Notes under the pieces: generated by a model
Told to the model about the DNA's origin: nothing
The model's input: the letters and a program-made list of their open reading frames with translations, nothing else
Database searches by the model: none
In this document: positions 18,826-29,054 of the stretch, piece by piece
Numbering within the stretch: the stretch's first letter is position 1
How the letters are laid out: each line of letters starts with the position of its first letter
Origin: Thermoanaerobaculia bacterium
Lineage (GTDB): Bacteria; Acidobacteriota; Thermoanaerobaculia; UBA5066
Assembly: GCA_963816185.1 (NCBI GenBank)
Contig: CAWFJJ010000025.1
Coordinates: forward strand, 448,001-512,000
DNA: 64,000 nt
Reading direction: 5' to 3'
Translations under genes and position numbers: made by a program

Positions 18826-19818
18826 CTAATTCATGGACTCGAGAATCAGCTCCGAGGCGTCGGCGGGCGAGGGGGCGCTCTTGAGCCACGTCGTCCAGCC
18901 GAGCATCGGCGGGGCGGCGACGCCGGACTTCAGGTGGCACTCGGGGATCTCCTCTTTCTTCAGAATGAGCTGTAAGTCGAAGTCGTACTCGACGCCGACG
19001 AGGAATCGGACGAGATCGTTCAGCGGCCTCCAGCCGCTTCCGCGCGGCAGAAAGACCTGGAAGGAAGTGAAGCCCAGCGGGCCGAGTCGGATCCGGAAGC
19101 GTGACTGGTTGTTCCAGACATGGTCGCCGCAGACGAGGTCGACGCCGAGGCGGCTGTTTCTGGCACCCAGTTTCGACGCGTCCTCCGGTTCCAGGTCGAG
19201 CCACTGTCCGACGAACTGGCGTGTGGCGGCCGGGACTCCGAAATAGTCGCGGAGGATTCCCTCGATCGCGCTCGCCGAGTGCGGGTGCTGAGCGATGAGG
19301 CCGGCATAGAGGAGGAGCGCGTCGTCGGAGACGCTCTGGCGCCCACGAAGACCTGCCGTGCCGAGACCGATCAGCGAGAAGAGGCCCTCGAGGAAGGGAT
19401 CGTCGCCGCCGCTCTCGTATACCACCGGGAAGCGGTACTTCTGCCACGCGCGGTGGAACAGCGACAGGAAGCGGTGGTTGAAAAGGTCGAGGAACTCCCA
19501 GAGCGCGTAGTCCTTGTAACGGACCCGCTCGATGAGGAGCTCGGTGTACGGGATGGGAAGAACACCGAGCGGCCCGGTGGTCCCGCCGATTGCGACGGTG
19601 GCCTCGGGGGGACGATCGGGATCGTCGGGATCGATGGTGAGGTCGTGAATCTCGCTTGGTGGAAACTCCAGGGTGGCGCGGGTCCTGAAGCGCACGGTCT
19701 CACGCCCGGGTGGTCCATCGTGGCCGACCGGGGCGCGCGACGGCGAGAGCCGCGCCAGCAGCCGGACGGCCTGAAAGAACCCGAAGTGCTCGGGGCGCGT
19801 CCGCAGGCGCTCGCTCAA
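18826..19818 (-). CDS. tssG: T6SS baseplate TssG
   Basis: FGFFQAVRLL, GPLGVLPIPYTE, FLDLFNHRFLSLFHRAWQKYRF, LGWTTWL. Confidence 0.95.
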   Translation of the reverse strand: MSERLRTRPEHFGFFQAVRLLARLSPSRAPVGHDGPPGRETVRFRTRATLEFPPSEIHDLTIDPDDPDRPPEATVAIGGTTGPLGVLPIPYTELLIERVRYKDYALWEFLDLFNHRFLSLFHRAWQKYRFPVVYESGGDDPFLEGLFSLIGLGTAGLRGRQSVSDDALLLYAGLIAQHPHSASAIEGILRDYFGVPAATRQFVGQWLDLEPEDASKLGARNSRLGVDLVCGDHVWNNQSRFRIRLGPLGFTSFQVFLPRGSGWRPLNDLVRFLVGVEYDFDLQLILKKEEIPECHLKSGVAAPPMLGWTTWLKSAPSPADASELILESMN

Positions 19819-21670
19819 AGCACGATCTGGTCGCCGGTGCGCGGCGGCCAGCGGCGCATGATCCCCTCGCGCTGCTTCGTCGACGCCACGAGCTGGCTGA
19901 AGGAGTTCACAGAGGCGTAGAGCGAAAGGAAGCGCTCGAGCACGGACGCGAAGAGGTAGACGCCGGAGCCGACGAAGTTCTGCTCGTCGAAGTCGATCGA
20001 GACCTCGAGTCCTCTCACGAATCCCGGGTGAGTGTCGCGGAGCGGCCGGACGACCCGGCGCGCGGAGAGCTTCGAGATGCCGTCGATCTGCTGCCGCGTG
20101 ACCGACGAATCGGAGATGTCGTAAAGCCGCAAGATCTCCCGCAGCGCCTCGGGGCCCTTCTCTCCTTCGCGCTCGACGAGCGACAGGACGTTCAGGGCGA
20201 GGTGCGAGATGAGCCTCCAGTGCGCCCCGCGCCGGAGCGGCGGCCGCAGGCTCACGGTCGGCTTCACGAGGCTTCGGATGGCGGTGAAAACCCCGGGGCC
20301 CTCGAGCTGGAAATCCCCGTCGGGATTGCCGAACGGGAGGCGGGCCGGAAGGTCGCGGTTCGAGGTGGTCACGTGCACGGTGAGGGTGTCGGTGTCGGGC
20401 ACGGTCGGATCGAAGTTCATGTCGACGAGCGTGAGGTAGACCTCGGTCCCTTCGTCGTCCTTGCGCTCCGACGGGCGCCGGCTCGCGTGCCAGAGGGCTT
20501 GCTGGCCCGCGCGCTCCGAGTCGTGACGGAACGCGAAGAACGGCTGATACGTCCGCACGGTCTCGGCGTCGGCGCCCGTCGACGTCACGCGTCGACCGAC
20601 CAGACCTCGTGCGCGCCCGGCCGCCTGAGGTTCGGGATGACCCGGTACTCGTGGCTCAGATGGGTCACCCGGATGGGCTCGGCCATCTGCGAGAAGAGGT
20701 TGACGACGGGAGTGGCGTGCAGCCGGAAAGTCTGCGCCGAGATGCTCCGTTCTGCGGCGAAGGGGCGTCCCAGGAGGACCCGCACGTCCAGCGTGTCCGT
20801 GAAGGCGCCTCCTTTGAGCCGCTCGAGCCCGTCGAGGTCCACGAAGAGGTACTTCTCCGGAAAGGAGAAGTACTCCTGGAGGACGCGGTATCCCCGGAAG
20901 AGGCGGTCCGGTGTCGGCAGGAGCGTCTCGTCGTCGCCGAAGCCGACCGGCCGGAGAGCCTCCGGCCCCAGCCGGACCACCTCGGAGTCGGGCGACGAGG
21001 CCTGGGGCCGGAGCTCGATGGTGAGCACGTCGTTGAAGAGCAGCTCGTAGAGCGCGTGGACGACCTTGCCTTCGCCCTGCAGGTAGAAGCGAAGCTTGGA
21101 GAGCGGGAGCTCGGCGCCCTCGACCGATTTCTCCTTGAGCTCGGACAGGGCCGCGCCTCCCAGGACGTGCAGGTCGAGGTGGAGCATCGTGCGCGCATCG
21201 CGGCCTTCGATCGTGACCGCGGGCGCCTGCTCGAAGCGGGCCGCTCGCACGTCGACGGGCCAGATCGTGACCGGATACGCGGTCCGGAAGCGGCATGGGA
21301 TTCCGTCGACGGGGGCGGACGCGAGCGTCGAGCCTCTCGGAATCGTCTGCCCCGTCTGCAGGCTCACCTGCTCGGGATTGAGAACGAACTGGACCACGGA
21401 CATCGAGGGCACGGGCGCGAGAAAAGTGGGGTACAGGATCCCGAGGAGGGATTCCGTGATCTCCGGGAACTCGTCGTCGATCTTGAGGCGCACGCGGGCC
21501 GCGAGGAACGCGAAGGCCTCGAGAAGCCGTTCGACGTGCGGGTCCTCGCACTTGTCCGGCTCGAGCTGCAGGCGCGACGCGACCTTCGGGTATTTGTCGG
21601 CGAACTCGGCCCCCATCTGGCGGAGGAAGCTCAGCTCGCGCTCGTAGTACTCCAGGAGATCGCTGCGCAT
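19815..21670 (-). CDS. tssF: T6SS baseplate TssF; one frameshift near 20588
   Basis: YYERELSFLR..DPHVERLLEAFAFL, GYRVLQEYFSFPEKYLF, TPVVNLF; second frame WRLISHLALN, YASVNSFSQL. Confidence 0.95.
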
Positions 21671-22152
21671 CAGTCGCCCTTGACCGCGAAGTTACCGCTC
21701 CCGAGCTGAAGAGTCGTGTCGAACGAGATCGGCTCGGGAACGGGATCGATGCGCAACCGCGCCTCGATCCTGAAGCGGAAGGCGCGCTCGAGCACGGACG
21801 CGTTCGCGACGCTGACGACGATGTCCTCGAGGCGGGGCTCGAACCGCTTCAGCGCGACTTCGAGCGCGCGGGTGAGGTCGTGCTGGTCCGCGGCGCTTTT
21901 CACGCTCATGTTGGTGAAGTCCGGGAGGCCGTACGCGAGAAGGGAGCCGGCCAGGAGCGGCAGCGCGTCGGGCACCTCGAGGACGCGGCGCGTGTTGAGG
22001 AGCCACTCGATGTCCCGCTTGAGGGCCTGTTTGACCTGGCGAAGGGCCTTCGAGCGCGAGGAGGGAGGCTCGGATTTCACCTCGGGCTCGAAGTCGACGA
22101 GCCGGTCGAGAACCGACAGGTTGATCCGGATCTCGTCGTCGATCCTCGGCAT
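21670..22152 (-). CDS. tssE: T6SS baseplate TssE (gp25-like)
   Basis: SVLDRL, RDIEWLLNTR, YGLPDF, FEPRL. Confidence 0.95.
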   Translation of the reverse strand: MPRIDDEIRINLSVLDRLVDFEPEVKSEPPSSRSKALRQVKQALKRDIEWLLNTRRVLEVPDALPLLAGSLLAYGLPDFTNMSVKSAADQHDLTRALEVALKRFEPRLEDIVVSVANASVLERAFRFRIEARLRIDPVPEPISFDTTLQLGSGNFAVKGD

Positions 22153-22215
22153 GGCGCGTCGCGGGGGCGGGTGCCGAGGCCGGCGACGATGCGCCGGCCT
22201 CTGGCCGTCCGTCCC

Positions 22216-23706
22216 TTACTTCCTCGTCGGAGCCGGCAGCTCGGCCACCAGCCGCAGGGAGACCGACAGCTCGTCGAGCTGGAAGTGCGGTCTGAGGAAG
22301 GCGATCGCCTTGTAGACGCCGGGCTTGCCCGGAACCTCCGCGACTTCGATGCGCGCCTCGCGGAGCGGGAACTGCGCCTTGACGGCCGGCGAGGCCATGT
22401 CGTCGGGCGTGACGTAGTTCGAGATCCACCTGTTGAGGAAGAACTCGACGTCGCCGCGCGAGGCGAAGCTGCCGATCTTGTCCCGCATGATCGACTTGAG
22501 GTAGTGGGCGAAGCGGGACACGGCGAAGATGTAGGGGAGCTGCGTCGAGAGACGCGCGTTCGCGTTCGCGAAATCGGTGTCGTATTTCTTCGCCTTCTGG
22601 GCAGATTGCCCGCCGAAGAACGCCGCGTAGTCGGTGTTCTTGCAATGGACGAGCGAGATGAAGCCGAGGTCCGAGAACTCCTTCTCGCGGCGGTCGGTGA
22701 TCGCGATCTCGGTCGGGCACTTCAGCGCCACGTCACCTTCGTCGGTCTGGAAGGTGTGCGCCGGGAGCCCCTGCACGAGCCCGCCCCCCTCCACGCCGCG
22801 GATCGCGACGGTCCAATTATAGAGGGCGAAGGCTTCGGTCAGGCGCGTCCCGAACGAGTAGGCGGCGTTCCCCCAGAGATATTTCTTGTGGTCCTTGCCG
22901 TCCACATCCTCCTCGAAATTGAAAGACTCGACGGGGACGGTGTTCGCACCGTACGGGAGACGCATGAGCGTGTGGGGAAGGGTGAGCCCCACGTACCGCG
23001 AGTCCTCCGAGTCGCGGAACGAGCGCCACTTCGCGTACTCGGTCCGATCGAAGATCTTGGCGAGGTCGCGCACCTCGGTCAGCTCGGTGTAGCTCTGCCA
23101 GCCGAACATCTCGGGCGAAGCCGCCGAGATGAAGGGCGCGTTCGCCGCGGCGGCAACGCCCGAGATCTTCTCGAGCAGCGACATGTCCTGCGGGTGGTTG
23201 CCGAATTCGTAGTCCCCGATCAGTGCGCCGAACGGGGCGCCGCCGAACGTTCCGTACTCCTCTTCGTAGACCTTCTTGAAGAGCGCGGACTGGTCGAACT
23301 CCGCGGCCCGCTCGAGGTCCTTCAGGAGATCCTTCTTGGACACGTTCAGCACGCGGATCTTGAGCATCGTCGAGGTCTCGCTCTCGAAAACGAGATGCTT
23401 CAGCCCGCGCCAGCTTCCCTCCAGCTTCTGGAAGTCCGGGTGGTGCATCACCTCGTTGAGCTGCGCCGACAGGAGCTTGTCGATCGCCGCGATGCGCGCG
23501 TTGATCGTGTGCTCGAGGTCCTTGGAAAGGACGACCTGCCCCTGAAGGGCCTGCTGGACGAACTCGGCCAGCATGTCCTTGGCGTTGTCGACCTGGTCCT
23601 CGCGAAGCGCCAGACGCCCGCTCTCGAGGATCTTGTTGAGAAGTCCCCCCTCCTGCTCCTGAACGACGGATTCAGATTCGGCCCTCTTGTCGGGGTTCTT
23701 GCTCAT
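22216..23706 (-). CDS. tssC: T6SS contractile sheath large subunit TssC
   Basis: FQKLEGSWRGL, FKKVYEEEYGTFGG, LWGNAAY, KCPTEIAITDRRE, SRFAHYLK, LRPHFQLDEL. Confidence 0.98.
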   Translation of the reverse strand: MSKNPDKRAESESVVQEQEGGLLNKILESGRLALREDQVDNAKDMLAEFVQQALQGQVVLSKDLEHTINARIAAIDKLLSAQLNEVMHHPDFQKLEGSWRGLKHLVFESETSTMLKIRVLNVSKKDLLKDLERAAEFDQSALFKKVYEEEYGTFGGAPFGALIGDYEFGNHPQDMSLLEKISGVAAAANAPFISAASPEMFGWQSYTELTEVRDLAKIFDRTEYAKWRSFRDSEDSRYVGLTLPHTLMRLPYGANTVPVESFNFEEDVDGKDHKKYLWGNAAYSFGTRLTEAFALYNWTVAIRGVEGGGLVQGLPAHTFQTDEGDVALKCPTEIAITDRREKEFSDLGFISLVHCKNTDYAAFFGGQSAQKAKKYDTDFANANARLSTQLPYIFAVSRFAHYLKSIMRDKIGSFASRGDVEFFLNRWISNYVTPDDMASPAVKAQFPLREARIEVAEVPGKPGVYKAIAFLRPHFQLDELSVSLRLVAELPAPTRK

Positions 23707-24239
23707 TTGGGTTCTTCCTTCTTCCCTTCCTCGTCCGTCACGACGCCGAGCTGCTTTCCGAGCTGCTTCTGGGCGTTCGGGTCCTTGAGGAGGTCCGTCA
23801 GCATGGCTTCCAGTTTGTCGTTGCCGTCGGTCTTCGACAGGATGTCGCGAAGCTTCTGGCGCGCTTCGACGAGCTTTCTTAGGGGTTCGACCTGCTGAAC
23901 CACCTGATCGGGCTCGAAGTCCATTAGGTTGTTGAACTTCATCTCGACGTTCATCTTGCTGCCGTCGTCGGACAGCTTGTTGTCGACGCGAAGGGCCAGG
24001 CGCGGCGCTTGCGCCGCGAGCACCTGATCGAAGTTGTCGCGGTCGATCTCGATCAGCTTCCGGTCCTTCAGCCGCGGAAGCGGCTCGACGGGCTGGCCGG
24101 AGAAGTCGCCGAGGACTCCGACGACGAACGGCAGCTCCTTCATCTCGATGGCCCCGCCGATCTCCACGTCATACGTGATCTGGACGCGGGGAGGGCGAAT
24201 CCTCTTCAGCTTCTGCTGGATACTTTCCTTCTTCGGCAT
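23703..24239 (-). CDS. tssB: T6SS contractile sheath small subunit TssB
   Basis: RPPRVQITYDVEIGGA..ELPFVVGVLGDFSG..IDRDNFD; ATG at 24239 with GGAGGG RBS. Confidence 0.97.
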   Translation of the reverse strand: MPKKESIQQKLKRIRPPRVQITYDVEIGGAIEMKELPFVVGVLGDFSGQPVEPLPRLKDRKLIEIDRDNFDQVLAAQAPRLALRVDNKLSDDGSKMNVEMKFNNLMDFEPDQVVQQVEPLRKLVEARQKLRDILSKTDGNDKLEAMLTDLLKDPNAQKQLGKQLGVVTDEEGKKEEPK

Positions 24240-24250
24240 GGTTCCCTCCC

Positions 24251-25369
24251 TCAGGCTCCCGAGCTGCTGCGACTGCCGGACTCGCCTTTGAGACCGAGCG
24301 TTTCGCGCAGACCGGCGAGAACGTTGTTGTCCTTGATCACGTCGACGAGCCAGGCGTCGAGCGGCATCTGCCCCCACGCGATGGCGCGCTGGACGAGGTA
24401 CGAGACCGGGCTGTGCGGCTCGGTCCTCCGGAAGTAGTCGGCGACCTGCGCGAGCTGGGCGAGCGCCTGATCCCGTGCCCTAATGGCTCCACCTGGCCCG
24501 CCTGCCGCGCCTCCCCCTGTCTCGCCCTCGGCCCCTTCAGCGGCGTCGGAGGGGTCCGGCTCCTCGATCCTCTTCTCCTTGACGACCTTCTCGAGCAGGC
24601 TCCGAATCCCCTCGAGAGTCTTCGTGAGGCCGCCGAGCCCCGGAGTCTGGCGTGAGAAGCGGGCGTCCATCTGCTTGTCGAGGGCCTTCAGAGCCGCCCA
24701 GCTGTCGGCGACGTCCGCGTAGACCTCCTCGTAGAAGGCGCGGCGCGTCTCGCTCTTGGCTTTCTTGACGTCCTCGCCCGTGACCTTGTGGTCCATCAGG
24801 GCGCGTGCGCGCTTCTCTTCGAGCTGCTGAAGAGCCTCGCCGGAGAGCTTCGAGGTGTCGGCCGGGAAGTCGTACTGCTGGGCCTCTTCCCACTGGAAGA
24901 AGCTGTAGTTCGCACCGGAGCGCTTCGTCAGCGGGATCCTCCTGACCGCCTCCGCGGCCTGGCGGTCCAGCCACGCGAGCGCGTTGGCCCGAGCTTCGAG
25001 ATCGTTTCCCTCGTCGATCTCCGGATACAGCGTGTCCCAGAACGTCTCGAGAAGCCCGCTCGCGAGCTTCAGCGAGTCCCTCAGGCCCGGGAAACCGTTC
25101 ATGCTCACGGCGGCTTCGGAGAGCCACGCGACGATCTGGAGGTCCTTCGTCTTGCCGCTCAGGCTCTCGCCGGCGAGCTCGGCCACCTTCTCCCAGTCGG
25201 CGACCTTCAGCTCGTGAACCCAGTCCCCCTGCGGAACGTCGTCGTCGGCACGGCGCGCCTCGCGGATCTCGTCGTGGAGGCCCGAGTACTGGAGGTTCTC
25301 CCCGCTTGGGTTCTCTCCAGCAATCGGCGCGAGGAGGGCGTCCAGGTTGAAAACGGGAGCTGACGGCAT
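24251..25369 (-). CDS. tssA: T6SS TssA (ImpA_N domain)
   Basis: LLAPIAGENPSGENL, ADW, TKDLQIVAWL, FWDTLYP, YFRRTEPHSPVSYLVQRAIAWG. Confidence 0.95.
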   Translation of the reverse strand: MPSAPVFNLDALLAPIAGENPSGENLQYSGLHDEIREARRADDDVPQGDWVHELKVADWEKVAELAGESLSGKTKDLQIVAWLSEAAVSMNGFPGLRDSLKLASGLLETFWDTLYPEIDEGNDLEARANALAWLDRQAAEAVRRIPLTKRSGANYSFFQWEEAQQYDFPADTSKLSGEALQQLEEKRARALMDHKVTGEDVKKAKSETRRAFYEEVYADVADSWAALKALDKQMDARFSRQTPGLGGLTKTLEGIRSLLEKVVKEKRIEEPDPSDAAEGAEGETGGGAAGGPGGAIRARDQALAQLAQVADYFRRTEPHSPVSYLVQRAIAWGQMPLDAWLVDVIKDNNVLAGLRETLGLKGESGSRSSSGA

Positions 25370-25436
25370 CGCGACGATTTCCTCCAGCCGAGAGAGACGC
25401 TTATGCCATTCGGCGGGCAACAGTTAGAATGCTGAA

Positions 25437-25465
25437 AGGATAGCGACGGCGCAGACCCCGGTCAA
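25437..25465 (-). promoter_or_regulatory. Sigma70-type promoter for the tssA-tssB-tssC-tssE-tssF-tssG-clpV operon
   Basis: Minus strand TTGACC-17 bp-TATCCT, about 70 bp upstream of tssA. Confidence 0.6.
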
Positions 25466-25491
25466 GGGCGGTGCAGAAGCGAGGAGAGGTC

Positions 25492-26304
25492 ATGCCGACA
25501 CCACGTGAACTTTATCAGGCCGGTCAACTCCAGGCGGCGATCCAGGCCCTCACGGCCGAGGTCAAGGCGAACCCGGCCGACGGACCCTCCCGCATCTTCC
25601 TGTTCGAGCTGCTCTCGTTCGCGGGCGACTGGGATCGTGCCCGGAAGCAGATCGAGGTTATCGGGCAGGCGGGCCCGAACGAGGCCCTCGCGGTTCAGGT
25701 GTACCAGGCGAACATCGAGGCCGAGCGCACGCGAGAGCGCCTCTTTTCGGAGGGCCTCCATCCCCACTTTCTGAACGAGCCACCCCCGTACGTGGACCGG
25801 CACCTGGACGCCATCAACCGGATCCGGGAGGGGAACTTCGCCGAGGCCAGGGTCCTCCTCGACCGGGCCGAAGAAGAGCGTCCCGCGCTGGCGGGGACGC
25901 TGAACGGACGGCCGTTCGCCGACTTCCGCGATTGCGACGACGTCATCGGGCCCGTTCTGGAGCTGATCGTGAAGGACAAATACACGTGGCTTCCGTTCGA
26001 GCAGATCCGGCGCGTCGAAGTCAGCCCCCCATCGAAGCTCCGGGACCTCGTCTGGGCCCGCGCCAAGGTCGAGGCCCTGGACGGGACGGTCGGCGACGTG
26101 TACCTGCCGGCCCTTTACGAGGGAACGTGCCGGAACGCGGACGACCAGCTTCGGCTCGGCAGGATGACGGCCTGGATCCCGCTGGCCGACGACCTCTCTC
26201 GCGGCGCGGGGCTCAAGACGTTCCAGGCGGACGAAGACGACGTGGCGCTGTTCGAGGCCCGGCAGCTCGAGTTCCGCCCGCTGCCTCCCGCCGCAGTCGC
26301 CTGA
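25492..26304 (+). CDS. tagJ: TagJ/ImpE (SciE) T6SS accessory protein
   Basis: VKANPAD..RIFLFELLSFAGDWDRA, FADFRDCDD..GPVLE..YTWLPF, LRDLVW, LRLGRMTAW, GAGLK. Confidence 0.93.
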   Translation: MPTPRELYQAGQLQAAIQALTAEVKANPADGPSRIFLFELLSFAGDWDRARKQIEVIGQAGPNEALAVQVYQANIEAERTRERLFSEGLHPHFLNEPPPYVDRHLDAINRIREGNFAEARVLLDRAEEERPALAGTLNGRPFADFRDCDDVIGPVLELIVKDKYTWLPFEQIRRVEVSPPSKLRDLVWARAKVEALDGTVGDVYLPALYEGTCRNADDQLRLGRMTAWIPLADDLSRGAGLKTFQADEDDVALFEARQLEFRPLPPAAVA

Positions 26305-26307
26305 GCG

Positions 26308-26344
26308 ATAAAAAGAAGGCCCTCGCATCGGTCGAGGGCCTCTT
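26308..26344. terminator. Intrinsic terminator hairpin between convergent tagJ and hcp (U-tract on minus strand)
   Basis: AAGAAGGCCCTCG-catcggt-CGAGGGCCTCTT preceded by an A-tract. Confidence 0.75.
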
Positions 26345-26374
26345 GGAACGGAATCCGGACGGGATTCGGGGGGT

Positions 26375-26863
26375 TCAGAGCTTCTTGTTCGCCTTCACGT
26401 CCCAACCCATCTTCACCTGGCCCCCCCCTGTGCCTGTTGCTGTCTGCGGCTTGTACTCGTGTTCGATTTTCGTGAAACTTAGCGTGGCTTGGTCAATTGG
26501 AAGGTCGGCGCCCGTCGATCCCGCCGCATTGTAGCTTGTGACGAATACATCGGAGAGGGTGATCTTCAGGAACTCCAGAGGGTCATCCCCGCCCGCCTTG
26601 CGGTTCGTCAGGATCGCCTTCGGAATGTGCTTCCCATTACAGCAGAACTCGAAAAGCTTCGGCGACGCACTGCCGTGGGTGAAGCTGAAGCTCAGGTCAT
26701 GAACGTCCGCCTTCCCGGTGCCGCCGCCACCACCCATCCCCATCGAGCTGGCATTCGATGCGCCAAAATGGAAGGATAGGACTTCGATTTCTTTCTTGTG
26801 TTTCGAGTCCTCGCTTTCACCCTCAACTCCATCGATTTTCAAAAAAGCGTCGAATTTTGCCAT
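26375..26863 (-). CDS. hcp: Hcp (TssD) tube protein 1
   Basis: FLKIDGVEGESEDSKHKKEIEVLSF, ASPKLF..CNGKHIPKA..RKAGG, GWDVKANK. Confidence 0.97.
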   Translation of the reverse strand: MAKFDAFLKIDGVEGESEDSKHKKEIEVLSFHFGASNASSMGMGGGGGTGKADVHDLSFSFTHGSASPKLFEFCCNGKHIPKAILTNRKAGGDDPLEFLKITLSDVFVTSYNAAGSTGADLPIDQATLSFTKIEHEYKPQTATGTGGGQVKMGWDVKANKKL

Positions 26864-27025
26864 TGGCTGCTCCTTTCACTCGTTCAAGTGGATGTGACTG
26901 TTTTCACGCCCTTCTCGGCGTCAAACATAGGTCTCTCCGGACGGAATTCAACCTCACTACGACAAACGCGTGACGGCGATCATCATGAACGACCGACCGA
27001 TCCTGCGTCCGGGGTTCGAGGCTCG

Positions 27026-27517
27026 TCATGAGGGTTTGTTCGCCATCAGGTCGTCCTGGAACATCGTAGAACCGCCCGACGTTCCGAGGCTCGTCTGCGG
27101 AGAGGCCTGTAGCTGGATCTTTCCGTAAGCGAGATCGAAGTCGCAGGGCGGCATCACGTTGCCCTTACTGGTTTCGAGGTCGCCGGTCTGAACCTTCACG
27201 ACGAGCACGTCGGAAAGCGTGATCGTGAAGTATTCGAGGGGCACGTTTCCCGCCTTGCGGCACGTCAGGACCGCCTTTGGGATCTTCTCGTTCGTCGCGA
27301 GCTTCTGGTAAAGCAACGGAGCCGACATGTCGACATTCGCGCGTATCGACAAGTGCGACCATCGGCGCGCGCCGGTAGCCTGGTTCGTGAACGCGTCGCG
27401 AGGGCTCATCAAACCCAGCTGAAAGCCTTCGATCTGGATCTCGCCCTTGTGTCCGGAGGTATCGGCGCTTTCGCCGCCGACTCCGTCGATCTTCAGAAAC
27501 ATGTCGACGAGCGCCAT
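27026..27517 (-). CDS. hcp: Hcp (TssD) tube protein 2, divergent paralogue
   Basis: DMFLKIDGVGGESAD..HKGEIQI, SAPLLYQ..NEKIPKAVLTCRKAG..LEYFTITLSDV. Confidence 0.92.
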   Translation of the reverse strand: MALVDMFLKIDGVGGESADTSGHKGEIQIEGFQLGLMSPRDAFTNQATGARRWSHLSIRANVDMSAPLLYQKLATNEKIPKAVLTCRKAGNVPLEYFTITLSDVLVVKVQTGDLETSKGNVMPPCDFDLAYGKIQLQASPQTSLGTSGGSTMFQDDLMANKPS

Positions 27518-27564
27518 GGCTGTTTCCTTTCACCCTCTTTGTCGAGAGTGCGAATCATATGCTC

Positions 27565-29034
27565 TCAGTCAAGCGGTGCGGAAAATGCGTCGGGCATCCT
27601 CGCGCGGCGGAGCACGAAGGACTTTTTCAGCGGGTCTCGAGGAGTGAAGCGAGCGGGAGGTCCCACCCGGGGGGCGCTGTTCGAGGAAGGGGACTCGCCA
27701 GGGGCGCGGCAGCGGGAGATGCGTCGGCCGCGGGAGGGGCCGGGGCTGGAACTGCGGAGGAGGTGGCTTCGGGAGGCTCGGCAACAGCGGGTGTCTTGCG
27801 GCACCGCCGGTTCCTCCGAAGGTGTCGGCGCCTCCGAAGGCGCCTCTCCCGCGGGCGCAGCGGGAAGGGGGGACGGCCGCACTTCGGCGGCGGGGGCTGC
27901 CGCGCCGAGCAGGAGAATCTCCTCGACGGGCGGAGGTTCGGGTCCGGGGGCGGTTTCAGGCGGCGGAGCTTTTTCGGCGGGTGATGCGGGCTCGGGAGGC
28001 GGCGCCGCCTCTGCCGGCGCCGCTTTGGTCGCGTCTGGTGCTGATGGCGCGGTGTCGGTCACGGACGCTTCAGCCGCCGGCGGATTGGTCGCCGGCGCGT
28101 CGACCGCCGTCGCGGGCCCGCTCGCTGCCTCCGTCCCTCGCCGCCGGCCGGATTTCGGGATCTCTTCGATGAAATCTGTCGCAATCGCTGCCGGATGGAG
28201 GAGGAGGATGTCTTCCGCCTTCGCGTCTCGGAAGAAGATCACGCCGCAGGGCGCCTCGCCTCCGGTCCTGTAGAGAACGCCGGTCGGGCCCGCTCCCGCC
28301 GGAACGGCCCTGGTGAACCTGACGGTCCAGAGCTTCATCTGGTGGAGCGGGGCCGTCTCGTCGGCGAGCGGAATGCGGAACGCCGCAGCTCCCGCGGTGG
28401 GGCTTCGCGCAGCCGCGTCGAGGCCCGAGAGGAGCTCGGTCCATTTCGTCGACGCGTCTTCTCCGAAGAGGGCCGTGGCGAGAGGTCCGACGCGCGAGCG
28501 CGCGAGCGCTTCGGCGAGCCGTGCGCGGATCTGCTCCTGCGTCCGGAGAGGGACCTCGATCCTGGCTCCGCGGAGCTCCTGGTAGACCGCCGCCAGCGAG
28601 CCCCCCGCGTCGTACTTCCGCCGGATCTCCCGCGCCCGGTCTTCGAAAACCGGGAGGTAGTCGAGCGCCGCCAGCACGGAGGCGGCCGGCTTACCCGCGG
28701 GCAGGATCGTGAAGAGAGCGAACGGAAACCTCCGCAGGCCCCCCTGGTCCGTGCTCCCCCATAGCGCGCCGACGGCCATCTTGCGGCTCTGGGGGAGGCG
28801 AAGGAGAAAGGCGTGGAGCGGGATCTCGCTCGAGCGGCAGTCGTCGCGGGACGACCAGAGGCGGCTGAATCCGTTGGACAGCCAGTCGCGGAACTCGCGC
28901 GAGGCGTCGTCCGTGAGCCCCGCAGAGATGAAGTCTTTGTAGACGGGAAGCTTCCCGAACGCGAAGAGAGGCCACGACTCGGTCGGAGGCGGATCGTCCG
29001 CCGATCGCTTGCGAAATGGGGACAGGAAACCCAT
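27565..29034 (-). CDS. tagF: TagF-like (DUF2094) T6SS regulator with Pro/Ala-rich C-terminal tail
   Basis: FGKLPVYKDFI..FRDWL..GALWGSTDQGGLRRFPF; follows tssM. The C-terminus may be frameshifted near 27790. Confidence 0.75.
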   Translation of the reverse strand: MGFLSPFRKRSADDPPPTESWPLFAFGKLPVYKDFISAGLTDDASREFRDWLSNGFSRLWSSRDDCRSSEIPLHAFLLRLPQSRKMAVGALWGSTDQGGLRRFPFALFTILPAGKPAASVLAALDYLPVFEDRAREIRRKYDAGGSLAAVYQELRGARIEVPLRTQEQIRARLAEALARSRVGPLATALFGEDASTKWTELLSGLDAAARSPTAGAAAFRIPLADETAPLHQMKLWTVRFTRAVPAGAGPTGVLYRTGGEAPCGVIFFRDAKAEDILLLHPAAIATDFIEEIPKSGRRRGTEAASGPATAVDAPATNPPAAEASVTDTAPSAPDATKAAPAEAAPPPEPASPAEKAPPPETAPGPEPPPVEEILLLGAAAPAAEVRPSPLPAAPAGEAPSEAPTPSEEPAVPQDTRCCRASRSHLLRSSSPGPSRGRRISRCRAPGESPSSNSAPRVGPPARFTPRDPLKKSFVLRRARMPDAFSAPLD

Positions 29035-29054
29035 CGGGGCGCTCTCGAAGGCCT

